A DNA stretch of 64,000 nucleotides from Nitrospirota bacterium. Its GTDB lineage: Bacteria; Nitrospirota; UBA9217. The stretch covers positions 1-64,000 of the forward strand of contig CAVVOB010000030.1 in the NCBI GenBank assembly GCA_963749655.1. The letters are read 5' to 3'. The first letter of the stretch is position 1. Every line of letters begins with the position of its first letter. Positions 31,892-42,845 of the stretch are shown here, piece by piece. The notes beneath the pieces are model-generated. The model did no database searches. It saw only the letters and a list, made by a program, of their open reading frames with translations, and was not told the DNA's origin. Position numbers and translations under genes: made by a program.

Positions 31892-33781
31892 TCAGTGATT
31901 CATTTCCTTCAGTAGTGTTTCTTCCAGTTTTTTAAACAATTTAGCTTCTTCGGTGTCGAATATTAATTCATGAAAATTCACAAGGGACTGGTCAATTACT
32001 ACGCTGCCTTTTAAAAGTGACTTCCAGAGAACTTTACCGGTACTCACCGACACCGCCTTGATATCGATGTCTTTAACATATGTCCTCGTTGAATGATACA
32101 CACGTTGAGAATTTGTTGCGATTATTACTGCGTCCGCCCTCATCACCCGCCCCACTGTCTGCGCACTTTCATGAGTAAGACTCGCTGGAGATATTGCCCG
32201 TTCCTCTAAAATCGAATTCAAAGAGCCCCTGTCGACGCACTCGCTCCCCAACCTCATGAGTGTGAGCTCAATCCTGTCCGTAATTCTTCTTGCAGCTCTC
32301 TGGTCTATATCCGTGTACGAAAAATCAGAGCTTGGATTTAGCCGTTCGACCGGTAACACAAGATATGATCGGATCTTGCTCTTGCCAATCTTGGGGTCTA
32401 CATAACTCTTGTCGCTGATCTCGAAGTTCAAATCTATCGTGTCAGCCAGCGAACCCGGTACGTAGCTCTTTGTATCCCGTAAGGCGTATGTTCGAAATTT
32501 TTCCATATCGGTACGCGCCAGCTCATTCTGGCCTAACGAAGAATGAACAAACGATCTCCATCTGAACAGCCGTGGAATATCGCCGTATCTGAGTGCTGAA
32601 GAGTATAGTTCCACGGCAAGTGCATTATTTTTGGTTCGGGATGCATTGGCGGCACGTATCGCGTCTGTTTCTCCCTGCAATGACCACAACCGCGGATTTA
32701 GGTCAGCTAGAGGAGCAACCTGCGCGGCAAAACTTTCCATTTCTTCAAGAGAACCTCCCCATCGAGGCTGCAGCGATTCCATGTAAGCGCTTCGCACGGA
32801 GAACGATCGTTTATCCTTCTCTTCAGCTTTTTGAACTATCTGTTTTGCGGAATACGGCATATGTGTTGCTTTGGCCAGCTTAATAAGCCAAGTGTACGCC
32901 GGCATCAATGATGGACTCTTGTTCGCCGCAGTCTGCAGATCCTTGGCAGCCTCGTCAAAGTGCAGTTGCATTTCGTTTTTTTGAGCTTGTAATGCTTCAC
33001 TCTTGAACATGTACCCCTTTGCATCAAAACCTTGATTCGCCCTGTACATGCCGCGTGCCGCATAGGCAGTAGACGATTTTGTCGCAGCAACCCATGCATC
33101 CAGGTCCTTTAATGCAAAATTTCTTTGATTGAACGTTTCAAATGATTCGTCAAGGTAGCATTCATATTGCGCATCCTGCTCATACTGCTGCAGCATCGTG
33201 TCGAACAATTTTTCTAATCCCTGATAATCACGACGGAAAAGCAAAGATGCTATTTTGTACGTCGACGGCGCTCCGTAATCCAGGCACTTGTTCAAAGCCT
33301 CGTTATGTTTTCGCGCCCGCTCCGTTATCTGTCTTGCGTCTTCAACCTTTACCTTTTTTACTTCTGCATTTTTTTCTACCCGATAAAACCGGAAATCGAC
33401 CGTCGACGTCGAGGTCTGTCCCGGGATCATTAGCGGGGTAAAGACCTGCAGAACACTGGTATCCGGCACCGTAACAGCCTTTTCAAGAGTTATCGTGCCG
33501 CTACCCTTCGTGATTGTTTGCATCGTATTCCCGATGAGAGACATTGTGCTGCCTGAAGAATCGTCTTTCTGGATCAAAAGATTGATAAGCGCCGAATCTG
33601 CAGCAATGCTGTACTCGATCTTCACCTTGATCCGCACTTCACTGCCCGATTTAAGTGGAATTGAGGGATCAGGAGACAGTTCGAGTATCTTGATGAAATT
33701 TCTTTCGTTGCTTGTGTCGGCGTAACTCGGTGAGAACAGCAATAAGATAAGGACTGATGAATACCAAAGAGCTCTATTCAT
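31892..33781 (-). CDS. Paralogous secreted DUF4034 + TPR protein
   Basis: SLQPRWGGSLEEM; shares DIDIKAVSVSTGK.LWKSLLKGSVV with its neighbour; signal peptide ending SYA. Confidence 0.7.
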   Translation of the reverse strand: MNRALWYSSVLILLLFSPSYADTSNERNFIKILELSPDPSIPLKSGSEVRIKVKIEYSIAADSALINLLIQKDDSSGSTMSLIGNTMQTITKGSGTITLEKAVTVPDTSVLQVFTPLMIPGQTSTSTVDFRFYRVEKNAEVKKVKVEDARQITERARKHNEALNKCLDYGAPSTYKIASLLFRRDYQGLEKLFDTMLQQYEQDAQYECYLDESFETFNQRNFALKDLDAWVAATKSSTAYAARGMYRANQGFDAKGYMFKSEALQAQKNEMQLHFDEAAKDLQTAANKSPSLMPAYTWLIKLAKATHMPYSAKQIVQKAEEKDKRSFSVRSAYMESLQPRWGGSLEEMESFAAQVAPLADLNPRLWSLQGETDAIRAANASRTKNNALAVELYSSALRYGDIPRLFRWRSFVHSSLGQNELARTDMEKFRTYALRDTKSYVPGSLADTIDLNFEISDKSYVDPKIGKSKIRSYLVLPVERLNPSSDFSYTDIDQRAARRITDRIELTLMRLGSECVDRGSLNSILEERAISPASLTHESAQTVGRVMRADAVIIATNSQRVYHSTRTYVKDIDIKAVSVSTGKVLWKSLLKGSVVIDQSLVNFHELIFDTEEAKLFKKLEETLLKEMNH

Positions 33782-34206
33782 TGATTCCCTCCGCAAGCGA
33801 ATGAGTCTGCAGTGTAGGCGCATCATGCTCAACTACTGATCCATGCTGATCTGGTTCTAATAAAGTTGATCCAAAAGCGGCTGTAGGTGGTGTGGTAATG
33901 AAGAAAACGTGAAGCCGTTGACGCGTTCGTGCACACGATGACGTGATGAAGTATCGGAAAATCTGCTTTTGCGGGAAAGAGGGACCCCGCAAAGAGAGTA
34001 TAATAAATTTTTCGATTATGGCAAGAAAATTATCGGGGGATTTTAAGGGTACACACCGCCAACAGCGCATCGTTTACGCGTAGCAAAGGGGAAGCAGGGG
34101 CCTGTACAGGAAGGAAGTGTGGTAATACCAATTGCCACAGAGATGTTAGAAGGTCCGTAAATAGAATTATGGTTCTGCCCTGGTTTGATCGCTATCCTTC
34201 TGGCAC

Positions 34207-35265
34207 TTATCGAGGATAGGCATCATTCTCGCGACCTGCCCCTTTTTCCCGCAGCTGCCCGCAGGCCGCGGAGATGTCTCTTCCGCGCGACTCGCGCACC
34301 GGCGCGGTATAGTTGCTCCTTACCAAAATGTCCTGGAAGCGGCGGACCGCCGCCTCATCGGGCCTTTTGAACTCGCTCCCGGGAAAGGGATTGAAGGGGA
34401 TGAGGTTGATTTTGCACTTCATGCCCCGCAGCATCTTCGCAAGCCTTTCCGCGTCTTCTGCAGCATCATTCACCCCTTTCAACAGCACATATTCAAAGGT
34501 GATCCTGCGTCTCGGGTCAAGAGGAAAACGCCTGCAGGCAGCCAGCAGCTCCCTGATGGGATAGCGCCGGTTCACCGGCATGATGGCGTCGCGGACAGCA
34601 TCGGTCGTTGCGTTCAGCGAGACCGCCAGGTTCACCTTCACGCCGGACGCCCCCAGTTTTCCGATTTCGGGCACCAGACCGTCCGTGGACACGGTCACCC
34701 TGCGCGGCGAAAACCCCAGGCCTTTTTCCGACGTGATGATCCGGAGCGCCCTGATTACTTCGTCGAAATTTGCGAGCGGTTCGCCCATACCCATGAGAAC
34801 GATATTCGTTATGCTCCGGGCCCCTTCCCGTTTCAGAAGGCGGGAGATTTCCAGCACCTGGTCGGAGATTTCCCAGAACCGGAGGTTTCGGATAAAACCT
34901 CCGCGGCCCGTCAGGCAGAAACGGCACGCCTGCATGCAGCCGACCTGGGATGAAATGCAGAGCGTCAATCTGTCCTTATCGGGGATCAAAACGGACTCGC
35001 AGGTGTGCCGGTCCTGGAGCGCAAACAGAAATTTTCTGGTACCATCGGCCGACGATTCGGTCCTGGCGATAACGGGCAGGGAGACGAAAAAACGCGACGT
35101 CAGCACCTCCCGCTCCGCCTTCGAGATGTTGGTCATCTCCTCAAAGGACCGGGCGTGATGTGAATAGATCCAGGCCCAGATCTGGCCCGCCCTGTATTTT
35201 TTCATGCCTTGTTCGATGAGGGCGGTTTGGAGCGCCTCAAAGTCCAATGATTTAATATTGATCAT
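34207..35265 (-). CDS. rlmN: Dual-specificity 23S rRNA/tRNA methyltransferase RlmN
   Basis: CISSQVGCMQACRFC radical-SAM motif, MGMGEP, AACGQL. Confidence 0.96.
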   Translation of the reverse strand: MINIKSLDFEALQTALIEQGMKKYRAGQIWAWIYSHHARSFEEMTNISKAEREVLTSRFFVSLPVIARTESSADGTRKFLFALQDRHTCESVLIPDKDRLTLCISSQVGCMQACRFCLTGRGGFIRNLRFWEISDQVLEISRLLKREGARSITNIVLMGMGEPLANFDEVIRALRIITSEKGLGFSPRRVTVSTDGLVPEIGKLGASGVKVNLAVSLNATTDAVRDAIMPVNRRYPIRELLAACRRFPLDPRRRITFEYVLLKGVNDAAEDAERLAKMLRGMKCKINLIPFNPFPGSEFKRPDEAAVRRFQDILVRSNYTAPVRESRGRDISAACGQLREKGAGRENDAYPR

Positions 35266-35624
35266 TATCCGGTCCGTAATTCCGTAATGTTGAAGCTCCT
35301 GTCAGGAAGCTGCGGGAAAGCTCCATTCTTAACGTAGAGAATGGAGCTTATCCGTTCTCTAATCCCGCGATAAGCTGCCGGGAATGCGCTCCCTCGGGAA
35401 TTCATTCGTGAGCAGAATCTAACATCTTTAACCCTCAAAATCAAGCTGACAAAAAAAGGCATACCGGGAATCGACGGTGTAGCGTTTTCGGGCATGCTTT
35501 GCAGTAGTGTTGTTGAGTATCGTATTGTTTATTAAGGAATTCATACGGCAGCAGCAGAAAAAGGGCGAGTATGACAATTGCAGTATCTCTACCGGGTGTG
35601 TACTTCCCCACAAGGAGCGGCAAG

Positions 35625-36020
35625 ATGCCGATAAAATCCATGACAAGAAGGATTCTCATAGTCGATGATGAGCCGACCATCCTGCTGACGCTTTCCTATG
35701 CACTGCGGTCCGACGATGTGGAGGTCATTACCGCCAGCAGACTTGAGCCCGCAGAGGAAGCCCTCAGCCGCTATCGTTTCGACCTGGTTATCGTCGATAT
35801 CCGCATGTCGGGGGTGCTCGGCGTGGAGGGACTGGAACTGCTGAGCTACATCAAACGCCAGTGGCCCGATACGGAGGTGATCATCATGACCGCCTATGGG
35901 TCGGACGAGATGAAGCGGGATGCCTACGAGCGGGGGGCCAAGCATTACTACAACAAGCCGATCGACATCGACGATCTTTTCCAGCGCATACGCGAAATGG
36001 GGATTCCCGTCAAGCAATAG
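35625..36020 (+). CDS. Single-domain response regulator
   Basis: ILIVDDE, VDIRM, MTAYG, KPID; AAGGAG RBS. Confidence 0.88.
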   Translation: MPIKSMTRRILIVDDEPTILLTLSYALRSDDVEVITASRLEPAEEALSRYRFDLVIVDIRMSGVLGVEGLELLSYIKRQWPDTEVIIMTAYGSDEMKRDAYERGAKHYYNKPIDIDDLFQRIREMGIPVKQ

Positions 36021-36088
36021 AAGTTAGTTCGGGGTGGGGTTGTGCCGGAACGCGGCACAGGAGCGCGATCCAAAGGGGGACGAAAGTA

Positions 36089-36466
36089 ATGCTGAAAAAA
36101 GTTCTGGTAATAGATGATTCTGCATTGATCCACCAGATGTATAAGATGGTCCTGATGCGATACAAGTGCAGCATCATAAATGCCATGAACGGCCAGGATG
36201 GGATCGACAAGCTTGCAAAGAATCCCGATGCCAATCTGATCCTGCTCGACATCAATATGCCGATGATGAACGGGCTGGAATTCATCAGGAAGGTGAAGGA
36301 ACTCGGCAAGTACGATCACATCCCCATCGTCATTGTCAGCACCGAAGGCAAGGAGGAAGATACGATGCGCGGCCTGGCACTTGGTGCAAAAGGATACGTA
36401 AAGAAGCCCTTCCAGCCGAGCGACCTCCATGCGTTGATCGAGAAGCTTTATCCGTCGGGCAAATGA
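36089..36466 (+). CDS. CheY-like response regulator
   Basis: VLVIDDS, LLDINMP, STEG, KPF. Confidence 0.88.
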   Translation: MLKKVLVIDDSALIHQMYKMVLMRYKCSIINAMNGQDGIDKLAKNPDANLILLDINMPMMNGLEFIRKVKELGKYDHIPIVIVSTEGKEEDTMRGLALGAKGYVKKPFQPSDLHALIEKLYPSGK

Positions 36467-36662
36467 TAAACAGAGAAAGGCGTGGATTCGAAGGCCCTGC
36501 CTGCGCCGCCAGAAAGGGTTGCGGCAGGAGCATGCCGAGATTCATCATAACGTCAGCCCCCTGTCTCGCGGCCCTCTGCATGCCAGCAAGCTTTGTACGG
36601 GCCGGGATCAGGATGGGCATCCTGCCTCGGCAGAACGCACTTGAGCTTTACACCATGTACAG

Positions 36663-37537
36663 CTAGCTGGAACCGGGGCTTTCCGGTGCGGGCTGATTCT
36701 TCTGCTGCTGATGGTAGAGAATGAGGTACTCTTTTTCCAGGTCATCGAATTTCGCCTGAAGCTGCAAGAGCAGGCGGGACTTTTTCTTCAACTGATCCTC
36801 GGCTTCCCAGTTTGGTCCTCAGATCGTCCAGTTCTCCCTCTTCCCCGTGGTGCGAAGACTTTGACACCCGCGAACCCGGCGTGTCGACCGCTGCCCGAGC
36901 GGCATCCCGGCTGACGGCTGCAAACTTCTGCTTCAGTTCTTCCGCTGTCTGACGAACTCCGACAAGGTCCGAAACCGCATCCCGGTACCTCCGAGTCAAT
37001 GTTCTGAGCTCCCGGAAGCCTTTTTGCACTGCATCGTATACGTTTGCCGCCGTCCCTTCCGCGGCGATTCTTTCAATTGCGTTGAACAAAGCCGGCCGGT
37101 TTTGTTCGATGTTCTGCGTCAGGGAAATCTGTTCCGTTGCTTCCCTGCGGAAGCTGATGATCCCGACGCGGTCGTCAACTTCGAGCAAGGAAATAAAAAG
37201 CTTCAGAGCCCCTTTCCAGTAGGCCGACGGGTCCGCCCTCGCCATGGCCTCGGAGCCGTCAACAAGAAGAACGATGTCGCATCCCCGGTCCAGCGCTTCG
37301 GGGAAATCCAGGGTGCTCGTCGAAGGCAGCGAAACAAGGGCGATCGGATCGGGATTCACCAGCGCCGCCGGTCCCTCTGCAGCCGAAGAAACAGCATGCG
37401 ATGACGTCGGCGGCTCACCCCGGACGGTCTCAGGTCTGCTTTCGGCATGGCATGTGTCCACACAGAAAGGGAGCGCCCGGGCTGAGCATCAGAACGACGA
37501 GTCCGACTGCAACATATGTCAATTGTGTGCTGGACAT
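36663..37537 (-). CDS. Secreted partial-VWA + coiled-coil protein (apparent +1 frameshifts near 37462 and 36807)
   Basis: MIDAS DIVLLVDGSEAM; signal peptide lies in an upstream frame; coiled-coil end ...FDDLEKEYLILY in a downstream frame. Confidence 0.55.
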
Positions 37538-37686
37538 GCCTCTAGAGATTTTATCGGCAAAATGTCGGATATCTTTAATGAAATCAGATCATGCCTGTGC
37601 AGCTGTTCGTAAAGAAAACAGTAAAATCACGTGACAAATCATGGATCTCTGACGAAAACGGCGGTCCGCGGAAAAACAGAAAAACC

Positions 37687-37716
37687 TTGACACTTTCAAC
37701 GCGGAGATGTTATTTT
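37687..37716 (+). promoter_or_regulatory. Possible sigma70 promoter of the C1/Wood-Ljungdahl cluster
   Basis: TTGACA-18 nt-TATTTT with TG extension. Confidence 0.4.
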
Positions 37717-37741
37717 GTTCTACTATTTTGAGGAGATCGGC

Positions 37742-38521
37742 TTGAAAATCGCAATTACCGGCAAGGGTGGCGTGGGCAAAACCACGCTGGCCGGACTCCT
37801 GGCGCGATTGTACGCTTCGGAGGGGAAAAAGGTTCTGGCTGTTGATGCTGACCCTGATGCCAATCTGGCGTCGGCGCTGGGGATCGAGCCGGAGGCAGCG
37901 GCCCGTGCGCTGCCGCTTGCGGAACAGTCGGACATGATCGAGGAGCGCACCGGCTCCCGTCCCGGCGCTCCCGGGGGCATGTTCAGCATCAATCCAAAGG
38001 TAGACGATATCCCGGAAGCGTATGGTGTCGAGTATCAAGGCGTACGGCTTCTGGTCATGGGGAAATCGAAGGAGGCTGCGGCGGGGTGCTACTGTCCCGA
38101 GCATGTTCTCCTGCGCCGCCTTGTCAGTCATCTGATCCTGCGGCGTAATGAAGTGGTCATTCTCGATATGGAGGCCGGCATCGAGCACCTTACCCGCGGC
38201 ACCGCAAGCGGCGTGAATGCCTTCATCGTCGTGGTCGAGCCCGGCCAGCGGAGCCTCCAGACCGCGCGGCACGTGGAGAACCTGGCGAAAGGTCTCGGCA
38301 TCAAGAACGTCTTCGTCGTCGGGAACAAGATCAAGCAGGAGAGCGACAAGACGTTCATTGCCGGGCACCTCGAGGGCATGAAGGTCCTGGGCTTCATGAG
38401 CTATGCCGACGAAACGGTCAAGGCTGACCTGGACGGCAGGTCGCCTTATGATGCATCGCCGCGCGCTGTTGACGAGGCCCGGGTCATCAAAACCGCGCTC
38501 GACCGGTTGATGCAGCCGTAA
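37742..38521 (+). CDS. cooC: CooC/AcsF nickel-insertion ATPase
   Basis: GKGGVGKTT, DADPDAN, GCYCP, DMEAGIEHL. Confidence 0.92.
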   Translation: MKIAITGKGGVGKTTLAGLLARLYASEGKKVLAVDADPDANLASALGIEPEAAARALPLAEQSDMIEERTGSRPGAPGGMFSINPKVDDIPEAYGVEYQGVRLLVMGKSKEAAAGCYCPEHVLLRRLVSHLILRRNEVVILDMEAGIEHLTRGTASGVNAFIVVVEPGQRSLQTARHVENLAKGLGIKNVFVVGNKIKQESDKTFIAGHLEGMKVLGFMSYADETVKADLDGRSPYDASPRAVDEARVIKTALDRLMQP

Positions 38522-38528
38522 CCACATC

Positions 38529-39107
38529 GTGAAACAGGCGATCAGAAAACAGGCTCTGGCAGCGCGCGACAGCATGCCGACGGAACAGCGGAGAAAGAAG
38601 AGCCGGGAGATTGAAGAACGGCTCTTTGCCCTTCCTGAATTTCAATCGGCGCGGGTCGTCATGTTCTTCGCTTCATTCCGCAGTGAAGTCGAAACTGAGC
38701 CGATGATCCTCCGGGCGCTCCGGGCCGGCAAACGGGTGGTCCTGCCGAAAGTAACAGGCAAGGAACTTGCCTTATACGAGATCGGGGATTTCGGCGCCGA
38801 TATGGAAAGAGGCGCATGGGGAATCCCGGAACCGAAGACGTTCGCTCCCGCGAAGCTGGATGAGATCGATCTCATCATCATGCCGGGCGCGGCTTTCGAC
38901 GAGCAGGGAAACCGGCTTGGGTACGGCGCGGGTTTTTATGACAAGCTGCTGTCCGCATTCAAGCGAACAGCCGTCGCACTTGCTTTTGAAGCGCAGATCG
39001 TATCGAATGTTCCCGTTGCTCCCCATGATATTCCGGTCGGAAAGATCGTGACCGAGAAAAGGGTAATAACAACGCAGAGGGCAGAGGGCAAAGGGCAGAG
39101 AGCATAG
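38529..39107 (+). CDS. 5-formyltetrahydrofolate cyclo-ligase
   Basis: [29 protein letters not shown]. Confidence 0.95.
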   Translation: MKQAIRKQALAARDSMPTEQRRKKSREIEERLFALPEFQSARVVMFFASFRSEVETEPMILRALRAGKRVVLPKVTGKELALYEIGDFGADMERGAWGIPEPKTFAPAKLDEIDLIIMPGAAFDEQGNRLGYGAGFYDKLLSAFKRTAVALAFEAQIVSNVPVAPHDIPVGKIVTEKRVITTQRAEGKGQRA

Positions 39108-39152
39108 CGCGTGGGGCAAAAGCAGTTACGCTAGGCCCCCTCCGCACTCTGC
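39074..39152. repeat. Heptamer-periodic inverted repeat (GCAGAGG-type) overlapping the 3' end of the cyclo-ligase gene
   Basis: gcagagg gcagagg gcaaagg gcagaga gcatagc ... cctccgc actctgc. Confidence 0.8.
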
Positions 39153-39171
39153 AGTTCCTGCAGGTTCATCC

Positions 39172-39738
39172 ATGGACATAAAAAAAATCGAAAAAGGCGT
39201 CTTGCTCATTCTGGAAGGAATCGGCGAAGATCCGTCCCGACCTGGTCTTAAGGACACTCCGACCCGGGTCGCCGAGATGTACGGCGAGATCTTTTCGGGC
39301 ATCAAGGCCGACACTGCGGAACTCATGAAACCCATGGCCGGCGAGAGCCACGACGAGATGGTGATGATCCGCGACATTCCGTTCCACTCCATGTGCGAGC
39401 ATCATCTTCTGCCGTTCTCGGGCAAGGCGCACATCGCCTACATCCCGGGGGCGGGAAAGATCGTGGGCATCAGCAGCCTTGCAAAGGCGCTCGAAGTGTT
39501 TGCCAAGAGGCCGCAGGTACAGGAGCGGCTGACCGCGCAGTTCATCGATCTGATCGTCGAGCGGCTCAAGCCCAAGGGCGCCATGGTCGTGATCGACGCC
39601 GAACACCTGTGTATGAGCATGCGCGGCGTGAAGAAGCCCGGCGCCCGTGTTGTCACGTCGGCGGTGCGCGGCAGCTTCCGCAGCAAGGAATCGACGCGCA
39701 TGGAGATGCTCGAGCTGCTGACGAAGCAGGAAAAGTAG
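39172..39738 (+). CDS. folE: GTP cyclohydrolase I
   Basis: [27 protein letters not shown]. Confidence 0.97.
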   Translation: MDIKKIEKGVLLILEGIGEDPSRPGLKDTPTRVAEMYGEIFSGIKADTAELMKPMAGESHDEMVMIRDIPFHSMCEHHLLPFSGKAHIAYIPGAGKIVGISSLAKALEVFAKRPQVQERLTAQFIDLIVERLKPKGAMVVIDAEHLCMSMRGVKKPGARVVTSAVRGSFRSKESTRMEMLELLTKQEK

Positions 39739-39864
39739 GACTAATCACAAAGCATCAGATCAATACGGTTCAAGCCTTCGAGCACTTTATTTTTCTTTCA
39801 ATTTCGCATTCAACGTCCGATAATACAGAGTTGATCAACGTCAGGAACCTCAGGAGTAATATAT

Positions 39865-41952
39865 ATGGCATCGAACGATATCTGTACCCTTGAACCATAT
39901 CGTCCCTACGGCGCCGATATCAAGGAAACAAGGCCCTACTCGCCGTGCCGCGCGGCCTGTCCCGCGCATACCGACGTCCAGGCCTACGTGGGCCTGATCG
40001 CCCAGGGCCGCTACACCGAAGCCTTCGAGGTCATCACGTCGGTGAACCCCATCGCGTCGGTCTGCTCCATGATCTGCCATCATCCCTGCGAGCAGTCCTG
40101 CAGGCGCTGCGGCGTCGACGAGCCGCTGGCCGTCAGGCACCTCAAACGCTTCGCCATCGAGCAGTCGCGGGATTACCGCCGCGCAAAACGGAAGCTCACC
40201 GCCAAGACAAGAGGCAAGAGCGTGGGCATCATCGGCTCCGGCCCCTCGGGCCTCACTGCGGCGCGCGACCTTGCAGATATGGGTTACAACGTCACGATCT
40301 ACGAAAAGCATCCCGTACTCGGCGGCATGCTCGCTGCCGCGATCCCTCCGTACCGTCTGCCGAGAGAAGTGCTGAAAGAAGATATCGATGACGTTGTTTC
40401 CAGGGGCGTCGAGGTCAGGACGAACTTCGAGATCGGCAAGGACGCGAAGCTCGATGACCTTGCAAAGCAGCACGATGCGGTCCTGGTCGCCATCGGCCTG
40501 TCCCAGAGCCGGTCGCTCAACATCCCGGGCGTCGACGGGCCCGGCGTCCTGCTCGCCATTCCCTATCTCGAAGACGTTGCCTTCGGGCGCAAGCCCGACC
40601 TGGGCAAAAGCGTGCTTGTCATCGGCGGCGGAAACGTGGCCATGGACGTGGCGCGCTCTGCCCGCAGGCTCGGCGTCGAGAAGGTCGAGATGGTCTGCCT
40701 GGAGAACGAGCAGGAGATCCCGGCCTGGAAATGGGAAGTGGACGAAGCCGTTGAAGAGGCGGTCAAGATCAACTACCGCTGGGGGCCGAAGGCGGTGGTG
40801 CGCGAGAACGGCAAGGTCGCGGGCCTGGAAGTGACCAAGGTGCTGTCCGTGTTCGACGCAAACAAGCGCTTTGCTCCGACCTTCGATACGAACACTACGA
40901 CGGTGCTCAGGGCCGAAACGATCATCATTACCATCGGCCAGATGTCGAAGAACGATCTGTTCAACGACAGCCCGGTGAAGATGGACAAGGGCCGGGTCAC
41001 CTGGAACCAGGCGACCCATATGAGTACGGGCAAGAACATCTTCGTGGCAGGCGAGGTCGTGACCGGCCCGGGATCAGCCATCGCTGCGGTCGCGAACGGC
41101 CGACGCGCGGCCCTCGCGATGCACCTCTTCCTCCAGGGTGAGACCATTGAAGGCAGACTGCCGGTCCAGGAGAAGGAAAAGATCGGTCAGATGCCGTCGG
41201 AGGTCGTTGAGCTGGTGGCAAAGGCGCCGCGGATGAAGATCAAGCACCTGGCCCCCGAGGTCCGCGTCAAGACGATGACGCATTTCGAGGAAGGTTTTAC
41301 CGAGCAGGAAGCGCTCGAAGAGGCCGGCAGGTGCCGCGGCTGCGGCGGCGGAGCCGTGGTCGACCAGAAAAAGTGCATGGCCTGTCTCACCTGCCTGCGC
41401 GTGTGCCCCTACGGGGCCCCGGTCGTCGAAGCCTATTCCACAATCCGGCCCGAGTACTGCCAGGCCTGCGGCCTCTGCGCGCCTGAATGTCCTGCCCAGG
41501 CCATCAGCATGGTAAGCTACGATGTGCGTGAAATCAGGAACACCATCCCGGCCCTCGTCGGAAAAAGTGAAGCCAAAAGGCAGGAACCCCTGATCGTCGC
41601 CCTGATGTGCAACCACCATGCAAAGGTCATGGGGGTGCCGGCGAATGTAAAGGCTGTTCCGGTCCACTGCACCAGCAGGATCGATACCCTCGATCTGCTC
41701 AAGGCCTTTGAAGCAGGGGCAGACGGCGTCGCCGTTGTGCGCTGTGAAAGCGGCACCTGCAAGTACCGCGACATCGAGCCGCGGGTGAATGCCCGGGTCA
41801 AGCGCGTTCAGGACCTGATCGGCAGCCTGGGCATCGACAAGGCCAGGATAGAGATCCTTTCAGTCGCCCCCGGGAACGGGAGCAACACCTATGCAGCAGC
41901 CTGCGCGGAATTTTCCGAGCGGATGAAAAAACTGGCGCCAGCCGGAAAATAA
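39865..41952 (+). CDS. GltD/NfnB-like FAD/NAD(P)H oxidoreductase fused to 2x[4Fe-4S] ferredoxin and MvhD/FlpD domains
   Basis: PCRAACP, ICHHPCEQSCRR, GSGPSG, GGGNVAMD, two CxxCxxCxxxCP, VHCTSRID...GADGV..RCESGTCKY. Confidence 0.85.
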   Translation: MASNDICTLEPYRPYGADIKETRPYSPCRAACPAHTDVQAYVGLIAQGRYTEAFEVITSVNPIASVCSMICHHPCEQSCRRCGVDEPLAVRHLKRFAIEQSRDYRRAKRKLTAKTRGKSVGIIGSGPSGLTAARDLADMGYNVTIYEKHPVLGGMLAAAIPPYRLPREVLKEDIDDVVSRGVEVRTNFEIGKDAKLDDLAKQHDAVLVAIGLSQSRSLNIPGVDGPGVLLAIPYLEDVAFGRKPDLGKSVLVIGGGNVAMDVARSARRLGVEKVEMVCLENEQEIPAWKWEVDEAVEEAVKINYRWGPKAVVRENGKVAGLEVTKVLSVFDANKRFAPTFDTNTTTVLRAETIIITIGQMSKNDLFNDSPVKMDKGRVTWNQATHMSTGKNIFVAGEVVTGPGSAIAAVANGRRAALAMHLFLQGETIEGRLPVQEKEKIGQMPSEVVELVAKAPRMKIKHLAPEVRVKTMTHFEEGFTEQEALEEAGRCRGCGGGAVVDQKKCMACLTCLRVCPYGAPVVEAYSTIRPEYCQACGLCAPECPAQAISMVSYDVREIRNTIPALVGKSEAKRQEPLIVALMCNHHAKVMGVPANVKAVPVHCTSRIDTLDLLKAFEAGADGVAVVRCESGTCKYRDIEPRVNARVKRVQDLIGSLGIDKARIEILSVAPGNGSNTYAAACAEFSERMKKLAPAGK

Positions 41953-41993
41953 AAGCTTGGAACAATGAGCATGATGATAAAGGAGCATTGACC

Positions 41994-42695
41994 ATGATCG
42001 TAGGATCGCAAAAACCAATTGAAGAAATCTGGAACATGGTAAAGGACTTCAAGAAGGTCCTGGTGTTCGGATGCAACACCTGCGTGGCCATCTGCCATGC
42101 GGGCGGCGAGAAGGAAGCCGAGACCATCGCGTCGCTGATCAGGATGAAGGCATCGCAGGAAGGCAGGCAGATGACCGTGGATCACCTGGGCGTGATGCGC
42201 CACTGCGAGCCCGAGTACTTCGAGCCAGTCATCGACAAGGTCAAGTCCTACGACCTCGTCCTCTCGACCGCCTGCGGCGTGGGCGTGAACTTCCTGTCCG
42301 ACCGGACCGGCACGGTGCCGGTCTATCCCGGCATCAACACCTCCTTCTACGGCGCCGTGGAAGCGCCCGGCGTGTTCAAAGAGCTCTGCGCCGGATGCGG
42401 CAACTGCATTCTCCACCTGACCGGCGGCCTCTGCCCCATTGCCCGCTGCTCCAAGACGCTCATGAACGGTCCCTGCGGCGGCACGAACAAGGGCAAGTGC
42501 GAGGTCTCGAACGAGATCGACTGCGTGTGGTATCTCATCGTCGAGCGGATGAAGAAGCTCGGCACGCTCGACAAGCTCACCGAGATCCAGCCGCCGAGGA
42601 ACTGGTCCACGTCCCGTGACGGCGGACCGCGGCGCGTGTCGCTGGAGCATATCCGCGAGTACGAGGAAAAGGAAGCGGCAAAGGCAGGGAAATAG
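41994..42695 (+). CDS. metV: Methylene-THF reductase small subunit MetV
   Basis: CAGCGNC...GGLCPIARCSKTLMNGPCGG...GKCEV..DCVW. Confidence 0.9.
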   Translation: MIVGSQKPIEEIWNMVKDFKKVLVFGCNTCVAICHAGGEKEAETIASLIRMKASQEGRQMTVDHLGVMRHCEPEYFEPVIDKVKSYDLVLSTACGVGVNFLSDRTGTVPVYPGINTSFYGAVEAPGVFKELCAGCGNCILHLTGGLCPIARCSKTLMNGPCGGTNKGKCEVSNEIDCVWYLIVERMKKLGTLDKLTEIQPPRNWSTSRDGGPRRVSLEHIREYEEKEAAKAGK

Positions 42696-42713
42696 CAGCA
42701 AAAGATCATTTTA

Positions 42714-42811
42714 GCCACAGAGAACACAGAGAACACAGAGGACACAGAAGTAATGAAAAAGTTCAGGCTTCGCTGTAAATTTATATTTTTTCCCTCTGTG
42801 ACCTCTGTGGC
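42714..42811. repeat. 9-mer-periodic inverted repeat (CACAGAGAA-type)
   Basis: gccacagagaacacagagaacacagaggacacag ... ctctgtgacctctgtggc between metV and metF. Confidence 0.85.
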
Positions 42812-42845
42812 AATAAATAGGTTTTATTCCTGGAGGTATTGATAG

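Noticed and set aside
38400-38529. 6S RNA upstream of 5-formyl-THF cyclo-ligase
   Set aside because: The gene follows cooC after only 7 nt, leaving no room
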